A DNA stretch of 37,976 bases from the NCBI GenBank assembly GCA_002633005.1, contig NMRA01000703.1, forward strand, positions 91,881-129,856. The letters run 5' to 3'. The notes beneath the pieces were generated by a model, which saw nothing but the letters and a program-made list of their open reading frames with translations, did no database searches and was not told the DNA's origin. Below are positions 31,380 to 37,976 of the stretch, in pieces. The translations under genes and the position numbers were made by a program. The DNA comes from Phoronis australis (taxonomy: Eukaryota; Animalia; Phoronida). The number at the start of each line of letters is the position of its first letter. Position 1 is the first letter of the stretch.

Positions 31380-31641
31380 GCTCAACGTCCAAAAAAACGT
31401 CCAAAAACAAACAAAAAGAATATGCCTGCATCCCTTTCAGACAAGATCAAGACAAGCTGCATAAAGGCACAAACTACAAAGGTAACCAAAGTTTGAAATG
31501 TCATAATCTGCCAAGAGATGAGGAAAAAAATAAAAAGTCAATATCCATGTCACTTTTGCTTGTCTAGGATGGATTTTCTTTTTGGGAAAAAACACCATAC
31601 CACAGATTCAATTGTCGAAAAACAAAGACCAGAACCAAAAC

Positions 31642-32305
31642 GTGACCCAGCACGACAAAATGAGTCTTAAAAGTCGCGAATTGTATTTCCTGACTAGACT
31701 GCAAACAGTCCCTTTCGGTGAAAATTAGGTCAAAAAAATTTTTTTTTGAAAAAAAAATATTGCAGATTAGGATTATTTATTCATTCTACTTCACAAAACA
31801 TGGTTTTAAAACAAGCAAACTTTATTTTAAGCCTTATTTATTTCATATTGAAAAACATCACCTTCTCCACGACTAGGTTAGCTTGTGAAATTTTCATCAA
31901 AATTTGCCGTTTTTTTTGACCTCATTCCTCAATCACCCGGTGACCCAATTCACTCCTAAAGACATCAACAGAAAGGTCGAACTCTGCTCATTATGCATGT
32001 AGCAAGCTCACTGAGCTATTCATCCAATCATTAGTTGTAATTTTACTTTTTGCATTCAGGGTAAATTCAACAGAAGTGCCACTCACCAGTCTTTTCTCAG
32101 CACTTTTTCTACCATTTTCCTTGACTTGTGTAACCTCTAAATTTTTGCTTTCCCCGACTAGAAATGGCAATAACTCGGCCATTTGTTAAAATAAGGACAT
32201 GTTTCCTACATCAAAGTGATCAGAAAATACTTTATTTTCAGAAAAAATAACAATTACAAAAATGAGAAATCCCTACTTAAGACTCATTTTGTGGTGCTGG
32301 GTCAC
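31642..32305. mobile_element. MITE with 29-bp TIRs, Sola1-like (AWWT target)
   Basis: GTGACCCAGCACGACAAAATGAGTCTTAA / TTAAGACTCATTTTGTGGTGCTGGGTCAC (1 mismatch). Flanks AAAC and AAAT. The superfamily is inferred from the TSD only. Confidence 0.75.
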
Positions 32306-32415
32306 AAATGTCTTTTTTCAGCCCTGCCCATACTTCCCCATCAAAATGTGAATAATGCTCATACATGCTTTTATACAATTCCTGTACCTATTACAAAAAT
32401 AATAACTACAGCATA

Positions 32416-32553
32416 AGTAACACACAACTTTGGTTCACCCAATACAAACAAGTAGCACACAGTTTTGGTTCACCCAGTACAGAGAAGTAGCACACAACTT
32501 TGGTTCACCCAGTACAGATAAGTAGCATACAATTTTGGTTCACCTAGTATAGA
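32416..32553. repeat. 35-bp minisatellite, 4 units
   Basis: AGTAGCACACAACTTTGGTTCACCCAGTACAGATA-like units at 32416, 32451, 32486, 32521. Confidence 0.9.
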
Positions 32554-35500
32554 CTCTAATTATCTAACAGTGTTAAAACCACACTGATGCAGAGCCCTGC
32601 TGGCCATTTAAGCCACAAGCAACTGCCATCTTTAAAAACCATGGCCTTGGTTCATGTTTAGGATCAAGTTTTGAAAACTTTTAGTTTTTGGTCCAGTGAG
32701 TGCCTACTTGTGCCAAGTCTTTGTCACTTATTTAGAACACAACATGGCCGACAAGTCAAATACTATGTTATCTAATCTCCCCAAAAATGAATATTTTTAA
32801 AATTTAAGTCTATTACCAACATAGTTTGTTATATGCATATCTCATTAATTAAATCATTGTTTGCACTAACGATACAGCACATATCACGAATTTTTGTCCG
32901 ACCGGTCAGAATTTGGTCGTCTAGCCGACCAGCAGCCAACCAACAATGATCGCCTAGGAGCCATCTGCTGTCAGTCGCCTATGCTGTCGGCACTTAGGTC
33001 GGCAAAGTGGTCACCTAGTGTAGACGACCAATTCAGATTAAACGTATCCTTGGTCGGCAATTACCATTTTAAGACTTAGCGGGTGAAGCTTGGCCAAACA
33101 AACATTTAACTGTTCGCTGTTCGTTCACCAGTGGCAACTCCGGTCTTGACATCAGTTTAACAACTTTTGTTCAACTATTGAAAGGAGGTAAAATCGAATC
33201 AACCTACAAATACGAAGTGCGTGACATTACACCAACGTAAACTTTATGTTAAATTAATGACCGTGTGTTAAAATCAAACGTTAAGTGATATCGCGGAAGC
33301 ATAATTTCTAACTTTAGATAGGAGACTTTTTTTACAGTACATTATGCATAAAAACGAGCAAGAAATTTGAAATTATACAATAAAATTGCATAAAAATCAG
33401 AATACAACGGTGGATGTTTTATGACCTCAAGTGTTTTCATGCAGCGGAATGCTCAACAAGCATCACGCATTTGCGCTCATCCATTATTGCTCTAGATCAT
33501 CACTTCATCACGCTGTATATAGCGCTTTACCACAGATAATTATTGTTGATTTCTGTATAATTTCTTAATATGTTAGTACAGCAATAGAACCCAAGTTTAT
33601 TTTAGGAACAACATAAACAATGGTTTGAACATAGCGCCGATATTAAGATGATGGGCGCATGAAAATGGAAGAATGTGATCGGTTATAGTGTAATCCATGA
33701 TCCATCATCATTCTGAATTTGTTGTCTCTTTCGAAGTAAAAAATTGTTTCGAAGCTAGAGCCTTCCTATCTAGTCAGCTAGCTTTATGAAGACTATCATC
33801 AAAATACAGCAAGGTGCCACTGTGTATTGAGCTCCCATAGACTTTGAAATTGCACACAGCCCAGACATTTACGCTCGTCACTTCGTTGTGAAGCTTGTAT
33901 CAACATGAGCTAAAGACCGGGGGGTGTGCATGCAAAATCTGGAAGTCAATTGACTTTCACCTTGCCCGTTACGACTGTTTAAGCAAAAAACATCTGATGT
34001 TATTTTCTTGCGTAATTCTCTGCCTTTTGTAACAATGAAATGTATGTCGTCGTTTTGAAAGGAGTACATTCGTGACACGCGCCACTTCCAGAATTTTTTT
34101 GATATCTCCCATTAGATGACAACATCGCAGCAAAATTTGTCCTAAAAATCTGTTTACTGATATCAAAATTCCTAAAACATATAATGAAGTGAAACAAATT
34201 CTATTCATTTGTTGTGACGTTTATGCAACCTCGAGGGAAAACGTTTGATTGAAGAATCTGGGAAAAAGGAGCTGGCTAATAGGTGACACAATATTTTACT
34301 GCGCCGAAAGTCAACGCCACAATTTTAGCAGCAGAACAGTTGTAGAAAACCAATTTTTTCAACGCTGGTAAATAATGTAGATTACTCAAGGAAGATTTTA
34401 TTCGGTCAGTTTTTATTCACAATGGCGCAAAGTTGCATATTTAATTTAGTAAACAGCTTCGCACCAAGGCTAGAGCCTTCCGAGCCCTTTGGAGTAAGAA
34501 CACAATACTTGGCGTTTCGCGTATACTCTACGGGGTAAAACTTTGAAAATAGTATTTTCAGGATAACTTGGTATATGTAATCCTAAAGAAGGTAGTCTGT
34601 GTTTTCATGCAGAGCGTAAAAATGATTAACCCACTGATTCCAAAAAGAACACTCTCACAAACGAAAACGCTCACAATTTTCAGTTCTATTACACAGGTTA
34701 AAAACAACTTGTATAAGTTTATTGCATCGATGCTAGCGATCACCAGGGCAAGTCAAAACTCTTAAGGGGGCACGATTTCAAGCCTTTGGCATGAATCAGT
34801 GTTATAAAAATTGATTTTGACTGACCGACAGCAATGCAGACACACACAACAGTTACAGAAACTGACTGCTTCTGTTAACACAATGATAAAAATAATTGTT
34901 TCTACTATGATTGATAAAAGTTTTACTCTGATGAGGTATGATGCAATATGCATGGCTTGCCTAATATGCAGATCGGCAGCTGCAAAAACTATTTACTGGG
35001 TTTAATGAATCTGTTTCAGGGCTTTTGATGACCCATGACAAAAAAGAGGAATTTTTTACGGCCCTAAATACAAATTTCAATCTAAACCATATCTCAACAG
35101 ATTGAAAGTAAACATTAGTATCACAAGATGCCCTGTTACTATGTCGCGTTGGCAAAACGCACTCATCTTAAGCAGTACCTGACATCTATTTCAGCAACAA
35201 CAATGAAGGCAATTACAAGCAACAAAAGATATTTTTTAAAATTAAAATAATAAAGATAATGATGAAAAACTGGCAGTGTGAGTGGCAGGAGCTTATTCTT
35301 GATTTGCTGCAGGGAGACCAATAGAATTATTTTCAATTCTTACAATTACGATGCAAAATTACAAAAAAAATGAAAATTGATCCATAGGTTATCTAGAAAG
35401 CCTGAAATACATACACATTTAATTCCAACGCAAATGGAAAAAGTCAAGACGAAAACCTGTGGCTCATACCCCAACAGTTAGCATGGAAAAATGAAAGTCA

Positions 35501-37882
35501 AAAACAACATACTTTAAACTAAAGAATGTATCAATCACAATCTTAAGTTGGCCAAACTTTTCAGTTTCAAACAGTAACTACAGGAGTTAATTGTTCATAA
35601 GCCACGTTGGTGTAGAAGAAACTATGAGACAAGAAAAAACTACCAGGACACTGAAAATAGGCTGGCAGAATTTGTAAACAATGGCTTAGACCAATCAGAT
35701 CATTCAGAATCTGTCACGTGATCACTTCTCTCGAACTCCAAAACTCGAGTCACAAAATAGAACACGAAAATTGTCAAAATAAATTGAAATACATAAAAGG
35801 CAATTTAAAACACATCTGAAGGAACAAAAATAGAGCACTTTGTATCCCATTTCGGCGGCACGTAGAAAATCGCACTCAGGCGGTCAGGCCTAGCACTAGC
35901 AGCCAACGGCAACGAGCGTGCATGTGGGGTAAAACAAAAGAATTTCATACATCACTCACGTCCCACGATTTCAATCCAACAAATAACCGGTTACGGTTGG
36001 GTTCCCTTTCAGGAAGCGTTGTTAATTGTTGTGTTTCATCGTTTTCAGTCGGTCCTCCGACTCCAACTTAGTCCAAGGCGACTCTGCCAAGCACTCCCTA
36101 ATTGTTCCTCTCTCAAAGTTTACAGACCACAAACCTTGGTTTGTGAAGACATTGACTGTTTCTTTTATCCACTTTTTCCATGAAATATTCAGTCTATTCC
36201 ACGCTGCACGCATTTTTGACCGTAGAATCGCACTATTTGTCACCGCGATGAATCACGCTATCCCAGGCACAGGCACTTGACTTTATCTGTTCCTCGATTG
36301 CCACTGACGTCACTCACTACTAAGAAAACATGTTTCTAATATATGGCTACGAGTCATCGGCAAATTCAAGCGCCTGTGATCCGCAATTACAATTTTCGTT
36401 CTTCCGAAACATAAACAGCAGTTTCCGCTTTTCGAGTCGTCAGCAACGCCCCGGTGAGAAACCAATTTACCGCGATAATTTTATGACAAATACGATTTTT
36501 CCGCGGAAATATAACAAAAACACGCGGATCGAATAAAAGAAAAAAGCAGAAATCCGCGTTTCTGCGGACAATTCCAAGCCTTGCCGTTTGTTACAAAAGT
36601 ATGATTACTAATTGCACAAAGGCAATCGAACCATACCTCATTAAAATAAAAATGTACAAATGCTTGACGATCATGGGAGTACCTCTATTACAGGCATAAA
36701 CGAAATTACAGTTTTTAAGCCATGAGGATAATAAGGCTTACATAATATCACACTGACACATCTACACCAGGCATCTACAAAGGATACAATATTTCAAAAG
36801 AAGCCACAACTACTCATTTTTCATAGTCATAACTACTCATTTTTCATAATATTACTAAATCACAAAACCTAGATTTATATAAGAATTTACATAGTACGAT
36901 GCTACACAACCTGCTCTCCCACATTTATGGAAGGCCAAAGTGGAAACATTTAATGACATATATTTTCTATGCAAGGTTAAAACCAAGAAAAACATGTTTA
37001 CTCTCCAGGACCAAAAATAAATATCTCAAGACCAGAACTTTTACTTAAGCAAGAATTAAAACAGTCCAATACATTGAGATTGTTTTCAAACAGAACACCA
37101 AAAAACAAATCAAGACCAAAACTCCTCACGTTAAGAGTGAAAATGTATCACATCAGCACCTAGAGGACCAAAAAATCTTCACTTCAGGATCAAAATTAAA
37201 CACGACCGAACTGAAAAATTAATAAGTTAGGTCCAAAAACTTACCATGTCAGTAACTTTTCGTGCCAGGACACCATGTCACCATCCCCAAGCAATGATCC
37301 TTCAAAGTGATAACGTAAGGACCCTAAACAAGGGCTAAGCGTTCAACGTCTCGCAGACGGCAGATATATTATCTTGGAAATGCTGTTGAATTTCTTTCGT
37401 CTAATCCACGTTTTACAATGTATAGGTACACACTGGATTGTCATCATTGCATAATGGGTGATCACGTAGTCTCCGTGCATGAAAACAATTCTGTCCTGGC
37501 ATGATAAGTTTTCTGATGCATTAAATCCTGGTTGCCAATTGTTTTTGATTCTACAGATTTCAATTCCTGAATAGAAAATGTGTGTTCTGGATTTTCCCCT
37601 TCAGCTTTCCATTCAGCTAACTAGTGTACAGCACAGTGTTTTTAATATCCCGTGGTGGCTCCACTGCAACGAATCACTTCTAGTACAACCTCCCATAAAT
37701 GCTGTACGTATTTTGCAAATTTCTTCGGGGTAACAGTTTTCTAAGAGCTACATATTCCTTGGGCAAGTTCCCGTTTTGTATTTGGTTTTATTTTCTTTCT
37801 CAGGTAGACCACCTTGAGTTAATACTCTGAAAGTTTTGAAAACGCAACTCTTTCTTTATGCAGATACGTTTTCTGCCCACGC

Positions 37883-37976
37883 GTCCATTTGATGGATGAC
37901 GTGCATTTGATGGACGACGTGCATTTGATGGACGACGTGCATTTGATGGACGACGTGCTTTTGATGGACGACGTGC
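37883..37976. repeat. 18-bp minisatellite running off the window end
   Basis: GTGCATTTGATGGACGAC x5+. Confidence 0.95.

Noticed and set aside
32890-33083. GTCGG/CCGAC-rich segment ending TTAGCGGG (EnSpm-like end)
   Set aside because: Only one end is visible, with no TSD; too weak to list as a feature.
34762-34800. TTAA|GGGGGCACG as another Kolobok end
   Set aside because: No matching right terminus with TTAA was found in the window.
35870-36583. CCGCG-rich segment ending TTCCAAGCCTTG (hAT-like end) with short ORFs
   Set aside because: Partner TIR not found, and the ORFs lack convincing transposase motifs.
37245-37566. Minus-strand exon-like segment (TTCAG| ... |GTAAG) as the upstream RH exon
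   Set aside because: The frames I translated contain stops, and none resembles the expected RH sequence.

Overview
This is AT-rich, repeat-dense metazoan (probably marine invertebrate) genomic DNA, with no prokaryotic operon structure. The only host-gene coding sequence I can support is a single 166-bp minus-strand exon (24329-24494) encoding part of a Rubicon-homology (RH/DUF4206) zinc-binding domain. It has clean splice sites and minisatellites on both sides; its neighbouring exons were not found in the window. Nearly everything else is decayed transposon. The most striking group is three ~1.65-kb TTAA-flanked Kolobok elements from two families, plus a chimeric fragment. All keep only the 5' ends of two convergent genes: a THAP-domain transposase and a KolX / P2X7-ballast-like Cys-rich protein. 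Also present: a LINE endonuclease preceded by a 2A-like StopGo peptide, two Penelope remnants with hammerhead-ribozyme-like cores in inverted repeats, three copies of a TA-TSD Tc1/mariner-type element, EnSpm-like, Harbinger, hAT and Sola1-like elements, a BEL/Pao LTR-gag fragment, and one probable assembly artefact at the N (30041). All calls come from reading motifs by eye; no database searches were run.
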